Source: Candidatus Brockarchaeota archaeon
GTDB taxonomy: Archaea > Thermoproteota > EX4484-205 > JAAOZP01
Length of the DNA: 64,000 nt
Direction of reading: 5' to 3'
Assembly: GCA_017601345.1 (NCBI GenBank)
Contig: JAFNIT010000001.1
Coordinates: forward strand, 12,835 to 76,834
Shown: positions 1-8,729 of the stretch, piece by piece
Layout: each line of letters starts with the position of its first letter
Numbering within the stretch: position 1 is the stretch's first letter
Made by a program: the position numbers and the translations under genes
The notes under the pieces: generated by a model
What the model was told of the DNA's origin: nothing
Database searches by the model: none
The model's input: only the letters and a program-made list of their open reading frames with translations

Positions 1-206
1 CCTGCTATCAAAACAATTTTTTCGCTGAAGGGTTTGAGGTTTCTGCAATTACCGCAGCCATTATCCAGTATGAGTCTGGAAACTCTGGCAAAACCCCTCA
101 TTATTAACATCTCTAGAAAAGGATCGGGGGCTGTTCTCGTCTTGTTGAATTCCTCCGCCACATCATTGTAAAATTCCATAGTCTTCTTCTGATACTCGAG
201 ACCCAT
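1..206 (-). CDS. SAM-dependent methyltransferase, N-terminal part (partial, runs off the 5' edge of the window)
   Basis: Minus-strand translation from ATG at 204-206 gives MGLEYQKKTMEFYNDVAEEFNKTRTAPDPF...ILDNGCGNC..., a class-I methyltransferase motif-I-like glycine-rich segment. The frame is open to the window edge. Not in the supplied ORF track. Confidence 0.4.
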   Translation of the reverse strand, partial: MGLEYQKKTMEFYNDVAEEFNKTRTAPDPFLEMLIMRGFARVSRLILDNGCGNCRNLKPFSEKIVLIA

Positions 207-323
207 GTTGTTTCAAGGTCTCCACGAGTTATAAGCTTACAAAATGTTTAACATCTTTTACAGTAGACTATGTTTATAAGCATCTTAGCATAGAAGCTCT
301 AATAGTCTAGGCTGAAGAGGAAG

Positions 324-1316
324 ATGGTTAAGAAGGAGGAGGGGGAGAAGGCAGAGGTTTTCGAATCTATAGAGGATATTCCGGGCGTGGGGCCCTCCAC
401 CGCTGCTAAGCTTAGGGAGCTCGGTTATACTACGGTTGAAGCATTGGCAACAGCCACTATAAACGAGCTTGTTGAAGGAGGCATTTCCGATAAGATTGCT
501 GCCAAAATAATATCTTTAGCTAGAAGCAGTATTGAGGTTAAATTCGTATCCGCACTCGACATATTGAAGCAGAGAGAGCACATCCAGAAGCTTACTACGG
601 GGAGTAAAAAGCTCGACACCCTTCTTGGTGGGGGTTTAGAGACGATGACTATAACCGAGTTCTTCGGCGAGTTTGGAACCGGGAAGTCTCAGATAAGTCA
701 TCAACTAGCTGTAAACGTTCAGCTCCCCGTGGAAAAAGGAGGGCTAAACGGCAATGCTATTTACATCGATACTGAGAATAGTTTCAGGCCGGAGCGTATT
801 GTTGCCATGGCTAAGCATCTTGGCCTAGACCCGATGAAAACTGTAGAGAATATAACTGTTGCAGAAGCATTCAATTCGGATCATCAAATACTTATTGTCG
901 AAAGGCTAGACGAGGTAATTAAGAGCAAAAACGTAAAGCTGGTAATAGTCGACTCGTTAACGACTCATTTCCGGAGTGAATACTTGGGTCGGGAGAGTTT
1001 GGTTAAGAGACAGCAGAAGTTGAACGCTCACTTGCATAGGCTTGAACGTTTATCTAAAGCTTTCAACCTGGTCATCGTGGTTACAAACCAGGTTATGGCT
1101 AAGCCTGATGAAATATTCGGATTAGGCGCCTACCCCATAGGGGGGCACATACTTGCACATAGAAGCCATACAAGGGTTTACTTACGCAAGGCTAGGGGCG
1201 AACAAGGTCTTAGGGTAGCGCGTTTAATAGTTAGTTTGGATAGGCCTGAGGGAGAGTGTCTTTTTAAAATTACTGAAGACGGGATAGCAGATGTAGAAGA
1301 GGAGGCCTTAGAATAG
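324..1316 (+). CDS. radA: DNA repair and recombination protein RadA
   Basis: N-terminal HhH DNA-binding region (IPGVGPSTAAKLRELGY). Walker A is GEFGTGKSQ. RecA/Rad51-type core of 330 aa. A TATA-like TTTATAAG lies about 45 bp upstream. Confidence 0.95.
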   Translation: MVKKEEGEKAEVFESIEDIPGVGPSTAAKLRELGYTTVEALATATINELVEGGISDKIAAKIISLARSSIEVKFVSALDILKQREHIQKLTTGSKKLDTLLGGGLETMTITEFFGEFGTGKSQISHQLAVNVQLPVEKGGLNGNAIYIDTENSFRPERIVAMAKHLGLDPMKTVENITVAEAFNSDHQILIVERLDEVIKSKNVKLVIVDSLTTHFRSEYLGRESLVKRQQKLNAHLHRLERLSKAFNLVIVVTNQVMAKPDEIFGLGAYPIGGHILAHRSHTRVYLRKARGEQGLRVARLIVSLDRPEGECLFKITEDGIADVEEEALE

Positions 1317-1321
1317 GGCTG

Positions 1322-2614
1322 TTAAGGCTCAAGTCTGAACCTATCTCTTGGATAGAGAACAACTTCTCTTATATTGTCTATTTTCAGAATGCTCATTAAG
1401 AGCCTCTCAAGACCAACTCCCCATCCTGCGTGAGGAGGCATACCGTATCCGAATGCTTTGAGATGGTAGGAGAAATTGCTGGGATTCAGGTTTTTTTCGA
1501 TCAACTGTTTTATAAGCTTCTCCTTATTCTCCTCCCTTGTACCTCCTGAACCCAGTTCCAATGGGCCATAGTTTAAGTCGAACGATTCTGAAGTGCCATC
1601 ACTATTCATCTTTATGTAAAAAGGTTTGGCTTTACTCGGCCAGTGAGTTATGAAGTAATATTCTTCCATTAACTCCTCAAGATTCTTCAACTCCTCGCTT
1701 CCAATATCGTCTCCGAACTCTACTTTAATACCCTTACTATTCAACTTAGAAATAATCTCGTCGTATCTAAATCTTTTCAAGGGGAGCTCGGGAACAGTTA
1801 CTTTTACTCCCAAAGTCTCTAATTCGTCTCTACACTTCTCAATTACTTTTTCATGTACGTATTTTATCATTCTCTCGCAAATAGACATCACGTCATACAT
1901 GTTTGCGAAGGCTACTTCAATATCTACAGAGGTAAATTCGTTTAAGTGTTTAGTTGTGTTGAAAGGTTCTGCTCTGAAAAACGGCCCTATTTCGAAAACT
2001 TTTTCAAAACCTATGACCATCTGTTCCTTAAAAAGCTGAGGGCTCTGAGCAAGGTAAGCTATCCTATCAAAATAGGGTAGTGGGAATAGTGCTGCACCTC
2101 CCTCTGTTGCGGAAGCTATTATTCTAGGAGTGATTATTTCAACGAAATCGTTTTCATGAAAAAACTCTCTTAGAAACTGTAGTAAAGCACTTTTTATCAA
2201 AAACATGCTTCTAACCTTTGGTCTAAATACGTCAAGGGGCCTAGCATCCAGCCGAGTATCTAAGCTGCTTTTTATTCTCTCAGTAGGGTCTAGGGGGAGA
2301 GGGTGCTCTGAAGCATTCAGAATTCTTACTTGAAGAGGATCTATCTCCAGCCCCCTTGGTGCTTGAGGCACCTTCTTAACTCTCCCAACGACTTCTATCA
2401 CGTCATTGAGCTTTATCTCATCCAGTATCGGCTCTACCTCAGGATTAGACTTGTTTCTAGCCCAAGCTATCTGTATTTTGCCCCAGCGGTCGGCTAAAAT
2501 TATGAATTTTATCCCTCCGAGATCCCTTCTGTCAAGAGCCCATCCATAGAGCTTAACGGTCTTGCCCTCGTCCTCCGGCTTTACGTCAATACTTCTCTTC
2601 CTATCATCCAACAT
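1322..2614 (-). CDS. aspS: Aspartate--tRNA ligase, archaeal type (possibly non-discriminating; AsnRS not excluded)
   Basis: Class IIb aaRS motifs are present: FRAEP motif 2, and GGTREE plus GYGMPPHAGWGVGLERLLM motif 3. N-terminal OB anticodon-binding domain. 430 aa is typical of archaeal AspRS. gatCA are present elsewhere in the window. Confidence 0.8.
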   Translation of the reverse strand: MLDDRKRSIDVKPEDEGKTVKLYGWALDRRDLGGIKFIILADRWGKIQIAWARNKSNPEVEPILDEIKLNDVIEVVGRVKKVPQAPRGLEIDPLQVRILNASEHPLPLDPTERIKSSLDTRLDARPLDVFRPKVRSMFLIKSALLQFLREFFHENDFVEIITPRIIASATEGGAALFPLPYFDRIAYLAQSPQLFKEQMVIGFEKVFEIGPFFRAEPFNTTKHLNEFTSVDIEVAFANMYDVMSICERMIKYVHEKVIEKCRDELETLGVKVTVPELPLKRFRYDEIISKLNSKGIKVEFGDDIGSEELKNLEELMEEYYFITHWPSKAKPFYIKMNSDGTSESFDLNYGPLELGSGGTREENKEKLIKQLIEKNLNPSNFSYHLKAFGYGMPPHAGWGVGLERLLMSILKIDNIREVVLYPRDRFRLEP

Positions 2615-2628
2615 TTCTCATCATTCTC

Positions 2629-3123
2629 TTAAGCCTGAAACCTCACGTTGATTCCGATTCTTTTAGCTAGCTTCTCAAGTTTCTGTAAATACTTCTCCTC
2701 TATCTCTCTACTCTCTATCAAGACCTTGAACTCCGTCATGTTTCCAGGTAGCCACAACTTGCTTAACCCAGCTATTCTCATAGGATATACTAATTCCTCA
2801 AGCTTTCTCTTTTGATCCTTCTTATAATCTACTACAATTACCTTTTTACTACCTGTTTCCTTCATAATTTTTTCAACAAGATCCCTATTGTCCCTTAAAA
2901 TCCTTACACCCTCGTTATTGCTTAACAGAAGTAGGAAATCGTCCTCTTTATAGGCTTTTTTAAACTCTATTCTATCCAAACTCCGTATTCTACTAGTTTC
3001 CTCAAGAAGAACTCGGGAAACTACTAAATCTAACTCATCGTTTTTACCACTATCCAGAAGCTCCTTGCATTTCTGACATAGGCTTCCGCTTTTCGCACAG
3101 AAATCGCAGAAAGGTATTTTCAT
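2629..3123 (-). CDS. Hypothetical protein with N-terminal C4 zinc ribbon (possibly RNA-binding)
   Basis: N-terminus is CDFC-x6-CQKC, followed by a mixed alpha/beta domain. Lies between aspS and the L40e-tRNA-Val unit. Function could not be assigned from sequence. Confidence 0.45.
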   Translation of the reverse strand: MKIPFCDFCAKSGSLCQKCKELLDSGKNDELDLVVSRVLLEETSRIRSLDRIEFKKAYKEDDFLLLLSNNEGVRILRDNRDLVEKIMKETGSKKVIVVDYKKDQKRKLEELVYPMRIAGLSKLWLPGNMTEFKVLIESREIEEKYLQKLEKLAKRIGINVRFQA

Positions 3124-3238
3124 ACGCTACCTTTGACTTGAAGAATGCTTTTTAAATCTTCCCGTTTTAAAGCTCTGCCTGAGAAAGATAAACGGTGGGT
3201 AAATCTTTAAAAAACTCGGGGCTGGCTGAGAAAACGGT

Positions 3239-3409
3239 ATGAAGATAAGCGACCCTGTGTTGATAGAAATTGTAAAGAGGCGGAGGCTCCGCTTCATGAT
3301 ATGCAGAAATTGCGGGGCAAGGAATGCGATTACTGCCAAAAAGTGTAGGAAATGCCACAGCAAGAATTTAAGGCCCAAGAGGACTGAGATAAGGGCTAAG
3401 AAAGGATAG
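3239..3409 (+). CDS. rpl40e: 50S ribosomal protein L40e
   Basis: 56-aa ORF MKISDPVLIEIVKRRRLRFMICRNCGARNAITAKKCRKCHSKNLRPKRTEIRAKKG with the characteristic C-x2-C...C-x2-C L40e zinc motif. Below the size cutoff of the ORF track. The antisense ORFs 3127..3378 and 3167..3358 are spurious. Confidence 0.85.
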   Translation: MKISDPVLIEIVKRRRLRFMICRNCGARNAITAKKCRKCHSKNLRPKRTEIRAKKG

Positions 3410-3460
3410 ACTATTAAAAGGGGAAAAAGAATATAAGAGTATTCTTGTAATCAAGCTAGT

Positions 3461-3548
3461 GGGCCGGTCGTTCAGATGGTTAGGACGCTGCCCTCACACG
3501 GCAGAGGTCGCCGGTTCGAGAAGAACTTCGAAAATCCGGCCCGGCCCA
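3461..3548 (+). tRNA. tRNA-Val(CAC) with a ~14-nt non-canonical intron in the T-loop (between positions ~58/59)
   Basis: Manual fold: acceptor GGGCCGG/CCGGCCC plus A73. D-stem GTTC/GGAC. Anticodon stem CTGCC/GGCAG with loop CTCACAC (U33, anticodon CAC, A37). T-stem GCCGG/CCGGC encloses 21 nt TTCGAGAAGAACTTCGAAAAT; removing 14 nt (~3520-3533) restores the canonical T-loop TTCGAAT. Confidence 0.75.
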
Positions 3549-3669
3549 TTTCTCTTTAGTTTAACACCCAGCAGCATCTCCACGCGTATTGTTCATTAGG
3601 CTATTAGTCTTTTTCTATTGTGAAGACTGGGATGAAGCATTTGATCCAATGTTTCAAATCTTTGAAAAA

Positions 3670-4962
3670 CTAGACAGTATAGCTTTCTCCGAGTTTGGGA
3701 GCAAATGCCTTAAGCCCCAGAACTCTTCTTGCATATTCTGCAAGCCTTTCACAGTTTTCCGATTCACCGTGGACGATGAAAGTCGTGTCAGCATTAATCT
3801 TCTTAATCAGCGCTTCGAGCTGGCTCTTACCACTGTGGGAAGATAACTCGAAGTGTTTTATTTCAGACTTTACCCTAACCAGTTTCCCATCAACTGTAGT
3901 CACTCCCTTCTCCAATAGGAGCCTTCCAGGAGTCCCATCCACTTGGTAGCTGACAAAAGCTATTAGATTCTTCTTAGAATCTCCTACTTTCTTCAAATAG
4001 AAGTTTACTGGTCCGCCTTGCAACATGCCTGCCGGGGTAACTATTACCCCTGGATTCTTTAAGGCAGACTCCCTCTGCCTCTGAGTATTTATCCATATCA
4101 CTTCGCCAGCTGCCTTCTCCAAAAGACTCGGGTTAGATAGCCATTCTGGGAAATCGAGCAATATCTGCGTCACTGTTCTAGCCATACCGTCGTAGTAAAC
4201 TTCATATGGAAACGAGTATTTAGCGAGTATCGTTATAACTTCCTGAGACCTTCCTATTCCGAAAGCAGGTACTAACGCTATGCCTTTCCTTTCAACGACT
4301 TCTTCAAGCTTCTCGACGAATTCCTTCTCGATATCCTCCCTCACTGGATGATTCTTATTAGCATAGGTACTTTCTACAATTGCTATGTCTATGGGAGGAT
4401 AGTCTGTAAAAGCACCCTTAAGCAAGGTGGTTTCAACAGTATTAATATCACCTGTGTAAAGTATCCGCCGCCCCTTAAACTCGAGCATGACTTGGCCTCC
4501 TCCAGGAGCATGACCTGCCGGAAGAAATGTCAGTTTGAACCCGTTCTTTGAAGCCTCCTGATGGTAATTAAGTTTTTCAGACTTCTCCACGAATTTATCT
4601 ACTTCAAGTATTTCAAAGGGCAATGCTCCTTTAGACACTCTTATGAAGTCTAATAGGATGAGCTTCGCCAATGGGGCGGTCAGCGTGGTTAGAAAGGACC
4701 TTCTCCCTAAGCCTATGAAGAAAATAGGGGCAGCTCCAACATGGTCTAGGTGGGCGTGAGTAATAATTATTTCATCTACTTCTCTTGGAGGAATATGCAT
4801 CGGATACTTTACTTCCCTTCCTGAAAGCATGACACCCGCGTCTAGGAGAAAACACTTCCCTTCGTCCGCTAAATATATGGCAGACCTTCCTACTTCGCGA
4901 ACACCCCCTAAAAATTTTATAAGCATTTTCTTAATCCTCTTTTTATCAAGCATCCACTTCAC
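3670..4962 (-). CDS. beta-CASP metallo-beta-lactamase ribonuclease, aCPSF2-like (no KH domains)
   Basis: THAHLDHVG (HxHxDH) MBL motif, beta-CASP region and a C-terminal H motif (TFIVHGE). 430 aa with no N-terminal KH domains. Confidence 0.8.
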   Translation of the reverse strand: MKWMLDKKRIKKMLIKFLGGVREVGRSAIYLADEGKCFLLDAGVMLSGREVKYPMHIPPREVDEIIITHAHLDHVGAAPIFFIGLGRRSFLTTLTAPLAKLILLDFIRVSKGALPFEILEVDKFVEKSEKLNYHQEASKNGFKLTFLPAGHAPGGGQVMLEFKGRRILYTGDINTVETTLLKGAFTDYPPIDIAIVESTYANKNHPVREDIEKEFVEKLEEVVERKGIALVPAFGIGRSQEVITILAKYSFPYEVYYDGMARTVTQILLDFPEWLSNPSLLEKAAGEVIWINTQRQRESALKNPGVIVTPAGMLQGGPVNFYLKKVGDSKKNLIAFVSYQVDGTPGRLLLEKGVTTVDGKLVRVKSEIKHFELSSHSGKSQLEALIKKINADTTFIVHGESENCERLAEYARRVLGLKAFAPKLGESYTV

Positions 4963-5008
4963 ACCCTTATTTAAGGTTTAATAGGGAGGGGTATAATCTT
5001 ACTGGAAG

Positions 5009-5644
5009 ATGCTGAAAAAGATTCTAAATAACAGAATTGGAACTGCTGATTGTATGATGATATGTTTGCCTGGTATCGGTCTAGTAGGCTCCTTAACCGG
5101 AGAGCTCTTAACTGAATCCGCTTCTGAAAATACTCCGGTGTTAGAATTTTACCCAGAATCGCTTCTCTACGTTTCAGTAGCATCTAAGGAGGGGCTAATA
5201 GCCCTGCCTAAAATAAGCGTTAACAAAGTTCGTTTAATAGAGATAGGAGATCTACTAATAGTTAGAGGAACTTCACAACCTACTGTTCAAATCAACCAGT
5301 ACGAGTTGGCTGAAAACCTTGTTGAGACTGCTGAGAAACACGGTGTTAAGATCGTTATTGGTGTAGGCGGATACGCTATCCCACACGTAGGTGATAAAAG
5401 AAAGGTATATCTCTCCTCATCTGATTGGCGGGCCTCTATGATCGGGGCTTCATTAGGGTTTTTACCGCTGAGGGGGACTGTTGTCGGCGCCGCCGGTTTA
5501 GTTCCGGGCCTCGCAAGCCTGCATGGTTTAAACAGTGCATGCATACTTGTTGAAACGAAGGGTGAAGGAGCTGATTTAACAGCTGCTCAAACCGCGTATA
5601 GTAATATTAAGAATTTCCTTAAAAAATATTTGAAGGAAGCTTAG
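5009..5644 (+). CDS. PAC2-family (proteasome assembly chaperone-like) protein
   Basis: Glycine-rich core (GIGLVGS...IVIGVGGYAIPHVGD...GTVVGAAGLVPGLASLHG) typical of the PAC2/COG1938 fold. The start codon may be an internal Met. Confidence 0.45.
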   Translation: MLKKILNNRIGTADCMMICLPGIGLVGSLTGELLTESASENTPVLEFYPESLLYVSVASKEGLIALPKISVNKVRLIEIGDLLIVRGTSQPTVQINQYELAENLVETAEKHGVKIVIGVGGYAIPHVGDKRKVYLSSSDWRASMIGASLGFLPLRGTVVGAAGLVPGLASLHGLNSACILVETKGEGADLTAAQTAYSNIKNFLKKYLKEA

Positions 5645-6060
5645 AACTCTGAAATCTCTTTAACAAATTCATTATATATCTCGCTGACCTTTTCCGCAGC
5701 AAGGCCGCTTCCTTCTACAACACCGTTTTCAGTAACCCTTATTCTATTCATTACTATTATTACCCCTGCTTCCTCATTATACTGCACCATTTTAGGAAAT
5801 ACCCTTTCTATTCTCTCCGCCAGTTTCCTCAGGTCGATGATTGCTCTTTTAAGCTCTATTCTTTTTACATCTCTACCATTAAGTATAATTTTTGGCAACA
5901 CACCGCCTCCTTTTAGCTCTACGTTATTCAGAATAACCGAAAAAGTGTCTATGTCTAGAGATGCTAAAACTCCAGAAAATTCTTCACCACCCTGAGTAAC
6001 CACGACAACCTTTTTCCCTATCAAGCGGTTGACTTCTGTTGTGAATCCCGTCCTCATCAT
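5641..6060 (-). CDS. Sm-like (LSm) fold protein with C-terminal extension (SmAP3-like)
   Basis: N-terminal segment GKKVVVVTQGGEEFSGVLASLDIDTFSVILNNVE resembles the Sm1/Sm2 motifs; a ~70-aa extra C-terminal domain follows. This is a weak, sequence-only call. Confidence 0.35.
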   Translation of the reverse strand: MMRTGFTTEVNRLIGKKVVVVTQGGEEFSGVLASLDIDTFSVILNNVELKGGGVLPKIILNGRDVKRIELKRAIIDLRKLAERIERVFPKMVQYNEEAGVIIVMNRIRVTENGVVEGSGLAAEKVSEIYNEFVKEISEF

Positions 6061-6176
6061 TTTAACCCATTTTTACACTTCACCCCCTATTTTTAATACT
6101 TTCTGAAGCACGTTATTTACTTTAGAGCATAATTCTATTTCATAGCAGCTTTTATCGATTAACAGACTATCTTACT

Positions 6177-7106
6177 TTGAAGATGCGCCAAGAAGTAGTC
6201 CAAGACTTTACGAAATGCCCTAACTGTAACTCCCCTATTATAAATTCGGATAATGAGCTTGTTTGCAGCAGATGTGGTCTAGTTGTCAGTGCTTCAAACA
6301 GATATGTGGCCTATCCAAGTCCGAATCACATTATTCAAAAAGAACCTCATTACGGGAGCACTATTATAGAGAGAAACTCTCTTAGAAAAATATCCAGCCT
6401 CCAAAAAAGCATATCTTCCCCTAATAAAAGCGAAAACGAATTAAAATGGTTAATAGATAAATTGTGTGATACATTTCATTTAGGTCCCTCAATAAGACTG
6501 GAATCGCATCGGATTGGTTTAAGTCTGCTTCATGCATTCAGACAAAATCATGAGAGACCTAATAGAGCAGCTATTGCAACATATTCTGTAGTTACTGCAG
6601 CAAGGTTTCACGGCTTAAACACAACTCTTCATTACAAGAAGATAAGAACATATTTGCAAAGCATAGGTCTTAAAGTTAAAACCAGGGATGTTCTTCAAGT
6701 AATATCTGCAGCAAGAGGAATAGGCCTTATGGAAGCGAGAAATGATGCCGACAATACAATTATTGAAATTACGTCTATGATCATGAGGAATAATAGCCGT
6801 CTGGAAAAGCTTAAGCCTGAAGACAAAGTCAGTTTTATCAATCATCTTAGAACAATCTCATTCAGAATTCTCAAAGATTTAAGAGCCAAACATTATTTTT
6901 TTAGAAGCAAGAACCCGATGATATGCATAGCTTCTATAATTTACGCAGCATCTAGAGAGGCGGCATCAATCTTAAACATCAAAAACCCTGTTACTCAAAG
7001 GGAATTAGCAGAGTACATAGGGTATGCAGAATACAGTGTTAGAGAAACTTATGAGGAATTGTTTGGAAAAAGTTCATCAATATTCGATTCTTCACAGATT
7101 TCTTGA
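6177..7106 (+). CDS. Transcription initiation factor TFB-family protein, divergent paralog
   Basis: N-terminal zinc ribbon CPNC-x15-CSRC, then about 270 aa of cyclin-fold-length sequence. The B-reader/linker and core positions are poorly conserved compared with canonical TFB. Confidence 0.7.
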   Translation: MKMRQEVVQDFTKCPNCNSPIINSDNELVCSRCGLVVSASNRYVAYPSPNHIIQKEPHYGSTIIERNSLRKISSLQKSISSPNKSENELKWLIDKLCDTFHLGPSIRLESHRIGLSLLHAFRQNHERPNRAAIATYSVVTAARFHGLNTTLHYKKIRTYLQSIGLKVKTRDVLQVISAARGIGLMEARNDADNTIIEITSMIMRNNSRLEKLKPEDKVSFINHLRTISFRILKDLRAKHYFFRSKNPMICIASIIYAASREAASILNIKNPVTQRELAEYIGYAEYSVRETYEELFGKSSSIFDSSQIS

Positions 7107-7552
7107 CGAAGAAAATGTACTATATTGCTACTACGCCTAATTGAGAAAAATCCTTCACAGTCTTCTGCATAAGCCTCAACGGCTATTTGGATAACGTATT
7201 CTTCAGTATTATTGAGGAAAACAATAGAGTTTTCAAAGCGGATTTTTAATCCGCATTCTTCTAAAAATCCTTTGGTTTTTGAAACTTTTTCTATTAATTT
7301 TTCAATCCTCTTTTCTAAGGTTTCCCTCATAATTGAAAAATTCCCTCTCGAACCACTTATGCTATCATCCAGAATTGTGCTAATGCTTTTAAAGAAATCA
7401 TCTATACAGGAGTCAGCGATGATCGCTTTCCTTTTTTGTTTTAAGAAATTTACTGAAAGCTCAACGTTTACTAAGAGCATGAGGTTTACTGCAAGTAGAA
7501 CAATCATCATGAGAATTGAAAAAAACATTATAATAAGCCAGGTTTTAATCAT
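7049..7552 (-). CDS. Small membrane-anchored protein (N-terminal signal-anchor; pilin-like/pilus-associated candidate)
   Basis: N-terminus MIKTWLIIMFFSILMMIVLLAVNLMLL followed by a soluble domain. Last gene of a five-gene overlapping minus-strand operon. Its 3' end overlaps the TFB-paralog 3' end by 58 nt. Confidence 0.45.
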   Translation of the reverse strand: MIKTWLIIMFFSILMMIVLLAVNLMLLVNVELSVNFLKQKRKAIIADSCIDDFFKSISTILDDSISGSRGNFSIMRETLEKRIEKLIEKVSKTKGFLEECGLKIRFENSIVFLNNTEEYVIQIAVEAYAEDCEGFFSIRRSSNIVHFLRQEICEESNIDELFPNNSS

Positions 7553-7940
7553 TTCTAATCCCTATCGTAAGATACAATACATCTTCACCCACGATCTTTA
7601 AGACTTTGACATATCTGACCTGCTCCAAAGACTCTATTGAAACTTCCTCATTCCTTATTGTGATCCTCCCATGCTTCTCGCTGGAAAGCTCTATACTCAC
7701 CCATTTCACTTCATCAGAATTTAGAAACTTAATCAATTTATCAAGCATATTTTTAATCTCATGTTCTCGGTCAAGTATTGTAAGTGCATTAACCTCTATT
7801 CTCAAATCCTCATCGATATCGGATAATGATTTAAATTTCAACCTCAAATATTGGGAAGCAGCAACTACGGGTATAACTAGAAAGAAGCTTAAGATTATTG
7901 CTAATATACTTTCCCAAGAATCCATAGTATTTTTCACCAC
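7545..7940 (-). CDS. Small membrane-anchored protein (pilin-like candidate)
   Basis: N-terminal hydrophobic segment SILAIILSFFLVIPVVAAS. Start and stop overlap the neighbouring genes. Confidence 0.45.
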   Translation of the reverse strand: MVKNTMDSWESILAIILSFFLVIPVVAASQYLRLKFKSLSDIDEDLRIEVNALTILDREHEIKNMLDKLIKFLNSDEVKWVSIELSSEKHGRITIRNEEVSIESLEQVRYVKVLKIVGEDVLYLTIGIRND

Positions 7941-8065
7941 CTTTTGATGAAATCCATTATAATAGATATATTATGTAAGGTAAGCAAAAGAGCTAAACCA
8001 AGTTCGATTATTATCAGCAAGACTACGATTGAGGAGAATAGTGATTCAAGTAGCTTATCGCTCAT
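7937..8065 (-). CDS. Putative 42-aa hydrophobic micro-protein
   Basis: Minus-strand ORF MSDKLLESLFSSIVVLLIIIELGLALLLTLHNISIIMDFIKRW, not in the ORF track. Its ATG overlaps the stop of the upstream gene, fitting the overlap pattern of this operon. Confidence 0.3.
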
Positions 8066-8453
8066 GTCTAGTAAATACAACCTCCCTACCTGATGCTTTG
8101 ACAAAATATTTGCCTCCGGGTTCTAAAATAACTCTATTAAAGTAATAATATTCCTCTTCTCCCTCGAAAACACAGATTCCATGAACAATGATGTAATACT
8201 TGTTGCCGTCAAGCATAATGGAATAATTAATTAAGGGGGGATTTGGCATTAACAGAGTGAAAGCACATCCATGTTTCTCCGAGAGGATAGCGTATTGTTT
8301 TATTACTAAAAATATGCTTTCAAAGATATTTTTTAATGAACCAGTTTTCAGAATGTAAGTGGTATTAAAAATAACAATTCCTATTAGAAATGACGTAAAA
8401 AGCCATGAAGCATCTTTCAAATGCTCTTCAAGTATTTCGCTCAATGACCTCAC
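8055..8453 (-). CDS. Small membrane-anchored protein with beta-rich C-terminal domain (pilin-like candidate)
   Basis: Charged N-terminus, then WLFTSFLIGIVIFNTTYIL, then a ~90-aa globular domain. Confidence 0.45.
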   Translation of the reverse strand: MRSLSEILEEHLKDASWLFTSFLIGIVIFNTTYILKTGSLKNIFESIFLVIKQYAILSEKHGCAFTLLMPNPPLINYSIMLDGNKYYIIVHGICVFEGEEEYYYFNRVILEPGGKYFVKASGREVVFTRHER

Positions 8454-8458
8454 CCAAG

Positions 8459-8641
8459 TTAGCTAGCAACCAGCTTAACTACGGCATCGTATATTTGCTT
8501 GAGCATAGGAACTACTTGATCAAGCAAGTAAGCAATACTGATTCCAAATATTATTGTTGAAAAAAGTACTATCAGACTTTTCTCTAACAGATTACCCATC
8601 TCTCTAAACCTCCCAGTTTGAAATTTTCTTTCATTATTCAA
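8459..8641 (-). CDS. Small membrane protein, possible class-III signal peptide (FREMG|NLLEK...)
   Basis: 60 aa: basic N-terminus, a Gly, then a 22-residue hydrophobic helix. First gene of the minus-strand operon. TATA-like TTATAAGCATTCTTATAG in the upstream divergent region. Confidence 0.45.
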   Translation of the reverse strand: MNNERKFQTGRFREMGNLLEKSLIVLFSTIIFGISIAYLLDQVVPMLKQIYDAVVKLVAS

Positions 8642-8729
8642 CAGAAATCTCTATAAGAATGCTTATAACCTCCAATGCGCGTCAATATTGGCGGATAAAT
8701 ATTCTTTTTAAAAGTTTGGAATAGAAGTG
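8642..8729. promoter_or_regulatory. Bidirectional promoter region between the two arms of the pilus-like locus
   Basis: 88-bp AT-rich spacer. TATA-like TTTTTAAAAG lies ~20 bp upstream of the plus-strand small ORF. TATA-like TTATAAG (minus orientation) lies 20-40 bp upstream of the minus-strand ATG at 8641. Confidence 0.4.

Noticed and set aside
425-619. 64-aa minus-strand ORF inside radA
   Set aside because: Antisense to a clearly conserved radA region, low-complexity Ser/Leu-rich translation, and no start context.
3127-3378. 83-aa and 63-aa minus-strand ORFs overlapping L40e
   Set aside because: The plus strand encodes a recognisable L40e; the antisense products have no family resemblance.
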